DNA of 64,000 bases from an uncultured Acidobacteriota bacterium (lineage in GTDB: Bacteria > Acidobacteriota > Vicinamibacteria > Vicinamibacterales > 2-12-FULL-66-21). The translations under genes were made by a program, and so were the position numbers. This document shows, piece by piece, positions 9,223-17,978 of the stretch (position 1 is its first letter; each line of letters begins with the position of its first letter). The notes beneath the pieces were generated by a model. It worked only from the letters and a program-made list of their open reading frames with translations, was not told the DNA's origin and ran no database searches. The DNA is taken from NCBI GenBank assembly GCA_963836665.1, contig CAWIKL010000003.1:4082-68081 (forward strand). The letters run 5' to 3'.

Positions 9223-9911
9223 GGCGTCTCTCCGTACCCGTCGACGATTGCGCCGTCGCGCATCCGTATAGTGCGCCTTGCCCGCGCCGCAACCGCCGGA
9301 TCGTGGGTCACGACGACGATGGCCGTGCCGTCGCTGTTGAGCCGATCGAAGAGCATGACGATCTCGGCACCGGTCGCCTGGTCGAGCTCTCCCGTCGGTT
9401 CGTCGGCGAGCAGCAGTGACGGCCGATTCGCCAGTGCGCGCGCGATCGCCACGCGCTGCATTTCTCCGCCCGACAGTTCTGACGGCCGATGCGATGCCCG
9501 CGCGCCGAGGCCGACGTACTCGAGCAGCTCGCGCGTGCGCTGGCGGCGCTGCGGTCCGCTGGCACCGGCTTCCGCCTGCGGCAGTTCGACATTTTCCCAA
9601 GCCGTCAACATCGGCAGCAGAAAGAAACGCTGGAAGACGAAGCCGATGCGCCGCAGCCGGAGGCGGCTGCGCGCCGTGTCGGACAGGAGGCTCACGTCTT
9701 CCCCCGCCACGAACACGCGTCCGCTCGTCGGGGCGTCGATGCAGCCCAGCAGGTGCAACAGCGTGCTCTTGCCGCATCCTGACGGACCGACGATGCTGAC
9801 GTAGTCGGCGGGCTGGACGCTCAGCGAGACGTGTTCGAGTGCACGGACCGGCCCCGCGCGCATGGTGAAGATGCGCGAAACGTCACGGGCTTCCACGGCC
9901 GGAGTGCTCAC
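9219..9911 (-). CDS. ABC transporter ATP-binding protein (LolD/MacB type)
   Basis: GPSGCGKST, LSGGEMQRVAIARAL, ADEPTG, VTHD. Confidence 0.95.
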   Translation of the reverse strand: MSTPAVEARDVSRIFTMRAGPVRALEHVSLSVQPADYVSIVGPSGCGKSTLLHLLGCIDAPTSGRVFVAGEDVSLLSDTARSRLRLRRIGFVFQRFFLLPMLTAWENVELPQAEAGASGPQRRQRTRELLEYVGLGARASHRPSELSGGEMQRVAIARALANRPSLLLADEPTGELDQATGAEIVMLFDRLNSDGTAIVVVTHDPAVAARARRTIRMRDGAIVDGYGETP

Positions 9912-11110
9912 GAGCCGGTCTCCCGGCGCAGCGTCGCCGCAACCGGCAGCACCGCCACCAGGCGCATCGGGTAAAGCGCCGCCGCCACCGCCCCCGTCGT
10001 CATCAGCGCGGCATGCAGGAAGAGGGCGCGTGCCGTGAAGACGAAGAAATGCGCATCGGCCGGAATGCCTGGGAGCGAGCGCAGGATCGCGTCGAGCCAC
10101 CATGAGAGCACGGTACCGAGCGGCACCGCGGCCGCCCCGCCGAGGCCGATCAGCAGCAGCGACTCGCAGAACACGCCGGTCATCACCCGCGCACGAGACA
10201 GGCCGAGCGCCCTCAGCGCTGCGATCTCGCCGAGTTGCTGGTTCACCGACACCGTCAGCAGCACCGCCACCAGCAGCAGCCCGAAAAACAGAGTGACGGT
10301 GGTCAGCACGCTGGACAGCTGGCGGAAGTACGAGAACTCGACGCGACCGAAGCGATCGACGAGCTGCTCGTTGGTGACAACGTAGAGCGACGGCGCCAAC
10401 GCGCGGATCGCGGCGGCTGCTGCGTCGGGGCCGCCACTGCCCGCGCGGCTCGTCACCAACAGGATGTCGGCGCGATCGCCATCCCCGCCCCCGCACAGCG
10501 TCGCGAGGGCGCGATACGACATTGCCGCCGTCAACGCGTCGGCGGCGTCGTTCTGAAAATCGGCGATGGCCATCACGCGCGTTGGGAGCGGCAGGGGCGC
10601 GGATCCGCCGCCGCAGCGTCCGTGCAGCGAGACGGCGGACCCGATGTCGAGGCCGAACTGCCGCGCCAGGTTTCGATTCACGACCAGGCCAGCGGGCGCG
10701 TCGGCGTCGAGCGGTCCGCGCCCACGAACGATCGCCCACGGCACGGGGGCGGCGAGATCGACACCGGCCAGGGCGATGCGCCGCGAAGAGGCGTGTCCCT
10801 CGACGTCCGCTGATCCGAACGAGACGCGTTGTACAGCGGCGACGACCGGAGACCGCCGCAGCGCCGACATCAGCGAAGCCACCTGTTCGATCGGCGGTCC
10901 GGCCATCACCGGGCTTTCGCTGGCCATCACCCGCACGTCGAAACCGGATCGGTCGAGGCGGTCGCGAAACGACACCAGCAGGCCGTTCGACAGCAGAAGC
11001 ATGTCGAAGAGCAGTGCGCCGATTGCGGTCACGCCGAGAACGCCGAGCGCAGTCCGTCCGGGCTCTCGGCGTACGCGTAGCCAGGCAAAGCGAAGCGCGC
11101 GCGCGATCAC
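9908..11110 (-). CDS. ABC transporter permease (MacB/FtsX family)
   Basis: TM1, periplasmic domain, EIAALRALG and 3 C-terminal TMs. Confidence 0.9.
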   Translation of the reverse strand: MIARALRFAWLRVRREPGRTALGVLGVTAIGALLFDMLLLSNGLLVSFRDRLDRSGFDVRVMASESPVMAGPPIEQVASLMSALRRSPVVAAVQRVSFGSADVEGHASSRRIALAGVDLAAPVPWAIVRGRGPLDADAPAGLVVNRNLARQFGLDIGSAVSLHGRCGGGSAPLPLPTRVMAIADFQNDAADALTAAMSYRALATLCGGGDGDRADILLVTSRAGSGGPDAAAAAIRALAPSLYVVTNEQLVDRFGRVEFSYFRQLSSVLTTVTLFFGLLLVAVLLTVSVNQQLGEIAALRALGLSRARVMTGVFCESLLLIGLGGAAAVPLGTVLSWWLDAILRSLPGIPADAHFFVFTARALFLHAALMTTGAVAAALYPMRLVAVLPVAATLRRETGS

Positions 11111-11928
11111 CGGCCGATCCTCGTCAGCGTGCGGTGGCGCAAGATCGTCCAGCCGGCGGCGGCGCTCGCCAGCATTCCCACCGGCAGGGCGATCGCGGCC
11201 GAGCGCGCGACGATGGACGGCGTCACGTGGAGGAAGACCAGCGCCGTGTCGTAGCGCCACTGGAAGAAGCGGTTGAAGGCTGGCTCTACCGCGAGCGCAA
11301 AGCCGGCGCCGAACGCCACGCCCGCGCCGGCGATGAAGGCCCCTTCGATCAGCACCTGGAGGAGCAGCCGGCCGCGCGTCAGGCCAATCAGCCGCAGCGT
11401 CGTCATCATCTCGCGGCGCTCGTCCACGAGCATCACCATCAGCGCCAACAGAAAGGCGCCGCTGCCGATCACCGTGACGATGGCGATGGCGAGGTGGAAG
11501 CGTTCCAGCACGACGAACGTGGATGCGCGCTCGTCGGGCGCGGAGGTGGCGCGCGCCGTCAAGCCGGGCAGGCGGCGTGTGACATCGGCGGCGAAGGCAG
11601 CCGCCGAAGACGGGTCGTCGAGCACAACGTTGATGCTCGTGATCGCGGTGTCATTCAGATCGGGCAGGTGGATGCGGGCCTCGAAGCGCTCCTGCGCGAA
11701 GCGCATCGGATCGGGCACCGGCTCGTAGACGCCCTCGATCCGGAACCGCTGTGGTCCAGCGCCCGCGGCGTCGCGCGCCAGCTCGACGACGTCGCCGACC
11801 GAGAGGTGTTCGCGTTCGAGCAACTGCCGCGAAACCAGCATTGCGGGCACGCCAGCCTGTGCCGTGTCTGGCTCGGCGGCGAGCCCTACGACCGCAGCCG
11901 TCACCAGCATCACCACCAGCGCGCGCAT
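11107..11928 (-). CDS. FtsX-family permease lacking canonical TM1 (signal peptide-like N-terminus)
   Basis: ERREMMTTLRLIG FtsX coupling region; short periplasmic part. Confidence 0.85.
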   Translation of the reverse strand: MRALVVMLVTAAVVGLAAEPDTAQAGVPAMLVSRQLLEREHLSVGDVVELARDAAGAGPQRFRIEGVYEPVPDPMRFAQERFEARIHLPDLNDTAITSINVVLDDPSSAAAFAADVTRRLPGLTARATSAPDERASTFVVLERFHLAIAIVTVIGSGAFLLALMVMLVDERREMMTTLRLIGLTRGRLLLQVLIEGAFIAGAGVAFGAGFALAVEPAFNRFFQWRYDTALVFLHVTPSIVARSAAIALPVGMLASAAAGWTILRHRTLTRIGR

Positions 11929-11951
11929 CGCTTCATCGTATGCTGCTTCAC

Positions 11952-12674
11952 GTGGGGGACACGCAGCCGTTGCTCATCCGGGCCGGCAATCCGTCGGAGT
12001 GGACGGGGCCGACGGGTAACAACACCTGGCTCATTCGCGGCCGCGAGCCGGCGCTGGTCGATGCGGGCACCGGTCTGCCGGCGCACGTCGACGCAATCGC
12101 CGAGGCGCTCGCGGGGATGGCGCTGGTGCGCGTGCTCATCACTCACTGGCATCCCGATCACGTCAGCGGCCTGCCGGCGCTGCAGGTACGTTGGAAGGAC
12201 CTTGTCGTCGTCGAATCCCAGGGATCTCCGGTGGTGGCTGGGGACGGCGAGCTGGAAATCGTGCCGACGCCGGGACATTCGCCGGATCACCTGTGCTTCT
12301 TCGATCGCGCGTCGGGCGATCTCTACTCCGGCGATCTCGCCCGGCTCGACGGTACGATCGTGATTCCGGCGAGCAAGGGTGGCGATCTGCGCGCCTACCT
12401 CGAATCACTGCGCCTCGTTCGCGCGCTCGCGCCGCGCCGCCTGCTGCCCGGGCACGGGCCGATCATCGAGGACCCGGCCGCGCTCGTCGATGCCTACATC
12501 GCGCACCGCGGGCAGCGCGAACAGCAGATCCTCAAGGCGATCCTCGACGGCGCGCGCACCGTCCCGGAGATCGTGCGCCACGTCTACCCGGCTTTGCCCG
12601 AATCGCTGAGCGCCGCCGCCGCCGAAAGCGTCCGCGCGCATCTCGTGAAGCTCAGAGAAGAAGGGAGAAGTTAG
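11952..12674 (+). CDS. MBL-fold metallo-hydrolase (LACTB2-like)
   Basis: THWHPDH, TPGHSPDH, SGD, LPGHG; GTG start inferred (ATG at 11940 is an alternative). Confidence 0.9.
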   Translation: MGDTQPLLIRAGNPSEWTGPTGNNTWLIRGREPALVDAGTGLPAHVDAIAEALAGMALVRVLITHWHPDHVSGLPALQVRWKDLVVVESQGSPVVAGDGELEIVPTPGHSPDHLCFFDRASGDLYSGDLARLDGTIVIPASKGGDLRAYLESLRLVRALAPRRLLPGHGPIIEDPAALVDAYIAHRGQREQQILKAILDGARTVPEIVRHVYPALPESLSAAAAESVRAHLVKLREEGRS

Positions 12675-12737
12675 AAGAAGAAGACAGAAGATAGAAGATA
12701 GAAGATAGAAGGTAGACAGGCTAGAGAAGGGAGAAGA
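12660..12737 (+). repeat. Purine-rich degenerate heptamer array (AGAAGNN) spanning the MBL stop codon
   Basis: agaaggg agaagtt agaaga agaagac agaagat agaagat agaagat agaaggt. Confidence 0.85.
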
Positions 12738-12738
12738 A

Positions 12739-13185
12739 TTGTTCCTTGAGAGTGACCGAGGGGATCGGCTCGTGGTTTGGCGAACCCCCAGGCTGGTCGG
12801 CGTCATCTGTCTCGGCGGGTCCATGCTTGCGTGTGGCTCGCCGCTGGAGCCATCGCTCGTGCCGGAAGGTCAATGGGGTGGGGAACACGTCGCGGCGACC
12901 GTCACCGCAGCAGGCGCCCACTTCGAGTTCGACTGCGCCAGTGCGGACTCGTCCCAGCCGCTCACGCTTGACAAGCGTCAGCAGTTCACCGTGCCAGGAC
13001 GCTACGTCCCTGAGCACCCCGTTGTCGTCGGTGTTCAGGTCGATGACGCCCACCCGTCGACGATCGCTGGGACTGTGACCGCCGATCAGATGACCCTTAC
13101 CATCCGTCTGACTGACACTGGCAACACAATCGGGCCGTTGACACTCGAGCGCGGCGTCTCCAGCCGACTCTCGAAGTGCTTGTAG
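12739..13185 (+). CDS. Hypothetical lipoprotein (start uncertain)
   Basis: LAC lipobox, GQWGGEH...FDCA. Confidence 0.65.
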   Translation: MFLESDRGDRLVVWRTPRLVGVICLGGSMLACGSPLEPSLVPEGQWGGEHVAATVTAAGAHFEFDCASADSSQPLTLDKRQQFTVPGRYVPEHPVVVGVQVDDAHPSTIAGTVTADQMTLTIRLTDTGNTIGPLTLERGVSSRLSKCL

Positions 13186-13249
13186 TCGCCACCAATGCCG
13201 CTGAACCGCGGCGTGGGCACCACACCCGGCGTCGTTATTGTGGAAGAAG

Positions 13250-13281
13250 AAAAACCGGCCGCTTCCAAGGGAAGCGGCCGG
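13250..13281 (-). terminator. Intrinsic terminator of the PEP-CTERM gene
   Basis: 12-bp stem ccggccgcttcc/ggaagcggccgg followed by a T-tract on the minus strand. Confidence 0.85.
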
Positions 13282-13310
13282 AGGTCTTGCTCAGGTGAAT
13301 CGTAGGGTGA

Positions 13311-14288
13311 CTACTGGCTGCCCGACCGGCGTGCCCGTCGACGCGCCAACGCCGAACTGACCAGGCCCGTCCCGAACAGCACGAGGGTCGCCGGCTCCGG
13401 CACGGGGGTCGCGGAAGTCGCCCGGGTGTAGCCGATGACGTCGAGGGCTCGAGTCTCAGTTGAGTTCGTGGTGAGAGATGGCGTGCTGCCGGGCGTGCCG
13501 TACGCATCCTGGACTTGGGCCGGGTTATGCGTGACCCAATCGCCATAATCGCCGCCGTCGCAGTTGTTGAAACTGTCCAGATTCGTGGTGCCGCCGTCGA
13601 TCGAAAAGTACGCCAGTGGACCCTGAGTCGAGCCACAGTCGGCGTTCAGCGCGAAGGAACGCCCGCCGGCCGACGAATAGCGGAATAGATCTTCGGGTGA
13701 AATAACGGTGGACGCAAAATTGAGTCCCAGCGCGGAGCCGAGACCCAACACTTCGTCGATTTCATGCTCGACCACTGCGAGGAGGCTGTACGCCCCGGTC
13801 CCTACGTTGGTGAGCCCTAGGTTCAGCCCGATGCAGCCGTCGAACGCACCCGTCACGCCACCGCCGCAGCTCTGTTCTGCAACCTGATTGATGCCGATCG
13901 CCCTCAGGTTGGCAGACTTCACAAAAATGTTTGGGACATCCGTTACCGGATTATTGGCAGCGGCGACGACGTTAGCCGTGGCGTCGTCGGCCGAGGTCGC
14001 ATCGGCGTGGAGTGCCGCGCTGAAGGTATTGTAGTTTATGGAGTACAAGCCAAAAAAGCTCGATCCTAGCCCCGTGGTCATATTGTTGAACGCAATGTTG
14101 ACTGTGATCGGGTCGCTGAACGTGCTCTCGTAGAACGCGATCGCACTGTTCACGACTGCGATCGCGGCGGCGGACATGCCGCTACCATAAGCCGCGTTGA
14201 TGGTCAGCGCACTCGCGCTGGCGGGCTTTGGCACAGCCAAGGTCACAAGAAGTACGGCTAGGAAAACAACTCGCTGAAATCTGTACAT
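13311..14288 (-). CDS. PEP-CTERM-anchored putative zinc metalloprotease
   Basis: Signal peptide; EHEIDEVLG motif; C-terminal VPEPATLVLFGTGL + RRR. Confidence 0.85.
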   Translation of the reverse strand: MYRFQRVVFLAVLLVTLAVPKPASASALTINAAYGSGMSAAAIAVVNSAIAFYESTFSDPITVNIAFNNMTTGLGSSFFGLYSINYNTFSAALHADATSADDATANVVAAANNPVTDVPNIFVKSANLRAIGINQVAEQSCGGGVTGAFDGCIGLNLGLTNVGTGAYSLLAVVEHEIDEVLGLGSALGLNFASTVISPEDLFRYSSAGGRSFALNADCGSTQGPLAYFSIDGGTTNLDSFNNCDGGDYGDWVTHNPAQVQDAYGTPGSTPSLTTNSTETRALDVIGYTRATSATPVPEPATLVLFGTGLVSSALARRRARRSGSQ

Positions 14289-14317
14289 TAAGGGGAAGCC
14301 TCCGGGGCTCAAGGTGT

Positions 14318-14333
14318 TGCACAATTGTGGCCA
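14318..14333 (-). promoter_or_regulatory. Possible sigma54 promoter
   Basis: TGGCCACAATTGTGCA (GG-N10-GC) 30 nt upstream of the PEP-CTERM ATG. Confidence 0.45.
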
Positions 14334-14409
14334 TCAGTATGTAAATAAATACGCACGCTTTCGACGGCGCCTCCGTGAAGTCGCCCGGCGATCGACCTTT
14401 TATCTGTGA

Positions 14410-14592
14410 GTTACGCCCGCACGCTCTCAAATTTGGCAGCGCTTACTTCTGACGCCAGAGGTCGCGATGGCGGCGGCGTATTCGATGGAATTGCGAGAGC
14501 GCGTCTTAAAGCGTGGCAAACCAGTAGTCACACGGATGCCGTGGCCGCGACGTTCGGTGTCAGCCGCGGCGTAGGATCAGAAAACGCTCTAG
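14410..14592 (+). mobile_element. Internally deleted IS630-family remnant (left boundary approximate)
   Basis: From 14467: MAAAYSMELRERVLK/(frameshift)AWQTSSHTDAVAATFGVSR resembles an IS630 transposase HTH N-terminus; GAAAACGCTCTAG resembles a right end. Confidence 0.65.
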
Positions 14593-14633
14593 CCGGCAGC
14601 CGACCCTGGCAGCTCGCGATAGGCGACTGACAA

Positions 14634-15038
14634 CTAGCACTGATTACGCAGGTTGGTACCCGGCGGGAGATCGGGCGTGCGCTCGGAGCGGCGGGCGGCC
14701 TTGGGAAGCGCATCGCGCACGACCTGTTCGAGCTCTTCGAGGTAAGCGGCGAAGCGGGCGCGCCCGTCGGCCGACATCCGATAGAGCGTCTGCGGGCGGC
14801 CGCCGTCGGTGCCGCGCCAGGCCTCGATCAGTCCAGCCTCCTGTAGCACGTCGATGTGCCGGCTCAAGTTGCCGTCGGTCAGTGCGCACAACCGCTTCAG
14901 CTCGTTGAAGACCGCTCCCTCCGGGCGCGTCACCAGCGTCGTCATGATGCCGAGGCGGGCCTTCTCGTGCAGGACGCGGTCGAGGCCGTCGTAGGCGTAG
15001 CGTCCGGGTTCGTCGCGGGGCGTGTGTCGTCTAGGCAT
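14634..15038 (-). CDS. Winged-helix transcriptional regulator (ArsR/MarR-like)
   Basis: LDRVLHEKARLGIM, LTDGNLSRH. Confidence 0.9.
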   Translation of the reverse strand: MPRRHTPRDEPGRYAYDGLDRVLHEKARLGIMTTLVTRPEGAVFNELKRLCALTDGNLSRHIDVLQEAGLIEAWRGTDGGRPQTLYRMSADGRARFAAYLEELEQVVRDALPKAARRSERTPDLPPGTNLRNQC

Positions 15039-15639
15039 TGTCGTTAGTCCGTTCGAGATTCCACCAGAGGACGGCGGCAGCGAGGAGCTGTCCGAGGCCG
15101 AACGTGCCTCCGACTGACCAGCCGCCAATCGTGTCGGCGCCGTGCCCGGCCCAGAGCAGTGCGCTGCCGGCGCCGAAATAGAAGAGCGCGACCCAGCCGC
15201 TCGCGCGCGGCAGGTACGGCCGGCACGCGAATATGGCGATGCCGAAACAGACCGCCCACACCCCCGGCAGGAGTGCCACCAGCGTCGGGCTGACGTGCGC
15301 GAAACAGATCGTGAGCACAACGGCACCGGCCAGGGATGGCAGGAACTGGCCGACGACCCGGCGGGTCCGGCGGCGGCCGCCGGCGTCTTCCTTCGCGGCG
15401 TAGTTGAACAGGATTTCGCTCGATCCGACCAGTGCCGCTGCCGCCGCGATCGCCGTCCAGTAGACAACGAACCCGGTCGGGTCGCGGACGACGAGACCGG
15501 CCGGCTGGAACGCGGCGGCGGCGATCCCGATTGCGCCGGACATCGCGACCGGCGCCGACCGGTAGCCGCGGTAGACCTCGCCCTTGGCCATCTGCCGGTG
15601 GATTTCGGCGATCTGGTCGAGTGCCCGCGCGGCGTCCAT
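15031..15639 (-). CDS. Hypothetical integral membrane protein
   Basis: About 6 TM segments; overlaps the regulator start. Confidence 0.8.
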   Translation of the reverse strand: MDAARALDQIAEIHRQMAKGEVYRGYRSAPVAMSGAIGIAAAAFQPAGLVVRDPTGFVVYWTAIAAAAALVGSSEILFNYAAKEDAGGRRRTRRVVGQFLPSLAGAVVLTICFAHVSPTLVALLPGVWAVCFGIAIFACRPYLPRASGWVALFYFGAGSALLWAGHGADTIGGWSVGGTFGLGQLLAAAVLWWNLERTNDNA

Positions 15640-15645
15640 GCCTAT

Positions 15646-15674
15646 ACTTTGCAGCGTAAAGAGCGTTCGGTCAA
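15646..15674 (-). promoter_or_regulatory. sigma70-like leaderless promoter with overlapping operator palindrome
   Basis: TTGACC-17-CAAAGT-6-ATG; imperfect inverted repeat CTTTGC-AGC-GTAAAG. Confidence 0.6.
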
Positions 15675-15701
15675 GTCCGCAGCCCGGTGTACGCTTCAGC
15701 G

Positions 15702-16523
15702 ATGGACACGTACCCGAACGCTCATCTGCTGACCACCCCGGCGGCGCTGCAGGCGGCCCTCGGCGGCGCGACCAGGCCGCTCGTGATCGATCTGCGTCCA
15801 GCTGAGGACTACGCCGCCGGCCACGTGCCCGCTGCGGTGCATCTCGACTTGTGGGGCCTGTCTCTCATCGATACCGACCCGGGCCCCTTGAAAGCGTTCA
15901 TGTGGATCGTCGATCACCTCTTCAATTTGCGCGGCGTCGATGCCAAGACGCCTGTGGTCGTCTACGACGAGCAGTCTGGCATGCGCGCCGCCCGTGCGTT
16001 CTGGTTTCTCGAATACTTCGGGCACGACCACGCGCAGATGCTCGACGGCGGTTTCGGCGCGTGGATCAAGGCGGGCTTGCCCGTGACGCGAGAGGCCGCG
16101 GCCCCGCCCAAGAGCACGTGGACCGGCTCGCCGCGTGCGGATCGTCTCGCGACCTGGCGTGAGGTCAAAGACCGTCTGGGCAGCGACGGAACGGTCATTC
16201 TCGACACGCGGAGCGACGAGGAGTACTACGGCACGCTGGTGCGCGCCAAGCGGGGCGGCGCGATACCCGGCGCTGCGCACGTCGAGTGGAAGCGCAATCT
16301 CGGCCCCGACGGCGCCTTCAAGTCGGCGGCGGAGCTGCGCGCCATGTACGAGCAGGCCGGTGTCACTCCGGAGAAGGAAGTCGTCACCTACTGCCAGGGC
16401 GGCTACCGCGCCGCGCACGCGTATCTCGCGCTGCGCCTCCTCGGATATCCGCGCGTCAAGAACTACACGGGTTCATGGAAGGAATGGGGAGACCGGGAGG
16501 AGTTGCCGGTCCAGCGGCCGTGA
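15702..16523 (+). CDS. Thiosulfate/3-mercaptopyruvate sulfurtransferase (tandem rhodanese)
   Basis: GHVPAA, LDGG, YCQGGYRA, YTGSWKEWG. Confidence 0.93.
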   Translation: MDTYPNAHLLTTPAALQAALGGATRPLVIDLRPAEDYAAGHVPAAVHLDLWGLSLIDTDPGPLKAFMWIVDHLFNLRGVDAKTPVVVYDEQSGMRAARAFWFLEYFGHDHAQMLDGGFGAWIKAGLPVTREAAAPPKSTWTGSPRADRLATWREVKDRLGSDGTVILDTRSDEEYYGTLVRAKRGGAIPGAAHVEWKRNLGPDGAFKSAAELRAMYEQAGVTPEKEVVTYCQGGYRAAHAYLALRLLGYPRVKNYTGSWKEWGDREELPVQRP

Positions 16524-16602
16524 CGCGTTTGGCAGAAACCATACCGTTTGATTTGTCGCGAATTTACGAGGCAAAATGAGGTCGGAGTACTTTTAGCCCC
16601 TC

Positions 16603-17970
16603 ATGAATGCAGTCATCGATTTCATCAACACCAATCGCGACAAGTACGTCGACGAGCTGAAGGCGTATCTCGCCATCCCAAGCATCAGCGCGCTGCCCGA
16701 GCACGCCGCCGACGTCAAGCGCTGCGCCGCGTGGACGGCGGACGAGATGCGCCGCATCGGCATGGAGAACGTGCGGCTGGTCGAGACGCCGGGCTTTCCG
16801 GTCGTCTACGGCGACTGGCTGCATGCCGACGGGGCGCCGACGATTCTCTTCTACGGGCACTACGACGTGCAGCCGGTCGATCCGCTGAACCTGTGGGAGT
16901 CCCCGCCCTTCGAGGCGACCGTCCGCGACGGCGAGATCTACGCGCGCGGCGCCGCCGACGACAAGGGGCAGGTGTTCATGCACTTCAAGGCGATCGAGGC
17001 GCACTTGAAGCAGAACGGCAAGCTGCCCTGCAACATCAAGGTGATCCTCGAGGGCGAGGAGGAAGTCGGATCCGCGAATCTCGACAACTTCGTCAAGGCT
17101 CACCGAGACGAGCTCAAAGCCGACGTCGTCGTCATCTCCGATTCGCCGATGTTCGATCGCGGCATCCCGTCCATCTGCTACGGTCTCCGCGGGCTCGTTT
17201 ACTTCCAGATCGACCTGCGCGGCACGAAGTCGGACTTGCATTCCGGATCCTTCGGCGGCGCCGTGGCCAACCCGGCGTTCGTGCTCGCCAACATCCTGGC
17301 GCAGATGAAGGATCGCGGCGGCCACATCAAGGTTCCGGGTTTTTACGACGACGTCCGCGAGCTGCGCGAGGAAGAACGTGAGCAGTGGAAGAAGCTGCCG
17401 TTCAACGAGAAGCGCTACGCCAAGGAGCTCGGCGCGCCGCGGCTGTGGGGCGAGACGGGCTACTCCACACTCGAGCGCGTGTGGGCACGGCCGACGTTTG
17501 AGGTGAACGGCATTCTCTCCGGCTTCACCGGTGAAGGCGCCAAAACGGTGATCCCGGCGCTCGCCATGGCCAAGGTCAGCATGCGCCTCGTGCCGAACCA
17601 GGATCCCGACAAGATCGCGCAGCTGTTCGAAGACTACGTGAAGAAGGTCGCGCCGAAGACCGTCGAGGCGAAGGTGACCCGCATGCACGGTGGCAAGCCG
17701 TGGATGACGGAGTTCGACAACAAGTACGTGCAGGCGGCGGGCCGCGCGATCAAGGCCGGTTTCGGCCAGGAGCCGGTGTTCAACCGTGAAGGCGGCTCAA
17801 TCCCGGTCGTGGCCACCTTCCAGGAGATCCTCGGCCTGCCGTCAGTCCTCTTCGGCGTCGGCCTGCCGGACGAAAACGCCCACGCCCCGAACGAGAAGCT
17901 CGACCTCGGGAACTTTCATGGCGGCATCATCGCGTCGGCGTTTCTCTACGACGAGATCGCGAAAGGCTAG
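16603..17970 (+). CDS. M20 family dipeptidase
   Basis: YGHYDVQP, RGAADDKG, EGEEE, HAPNE. Confidence 0.95.
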   Translation: MNAVIDFINTNRDKYVDELKAYLAIPSISALPEHAADVKRCAAWTADEMRRIGMENVRLVETPGFPVVYGDWLHADGAPTILFYGHYDVQPVDPLNLWESPPFEATVRDGEIYARGAADDKGQVFMHFKAIEAHLKQNGKLPCNIKVILEGEEEVGSANLDNFVKAHRDELKADVVVISDSPMFDRGIPSICYGLRGLVYFQIDLRGTKSDLHSGSFGGAVANPAFVLANILAQMKDRGGHIKVPGFYDDVRELREEEREQWKKLPFNEKRYAKELGAPRLWGETGYSTLERVWARPTFEVNGILSGFTGEGAKTVIPALAMAKVSMRLVPNQDPDKIAQLFEDYVKKVAPKTVEAKVTRMHGGKPWMTEFDNKYVQAAGRAIKAGFGQEPVFNREGGSIPVVATFQEILGLPSVLFGVGLPDENAHAPNEKLDLGNFHGGIIASAFLYDEIAKG

Positions 17971-17978
17971 AGCCTGGC

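Noticed and set aside
10113-10120. Another GTACCGAG as a hidden frameshift
   Set aside because: The permease frame is continuous and sensible (VPLGTVLSWW) as written
14406-14630. 74-aa ORF as a real gene
   Set aside because: Better explained as part of a frameshifted IS630 remnant
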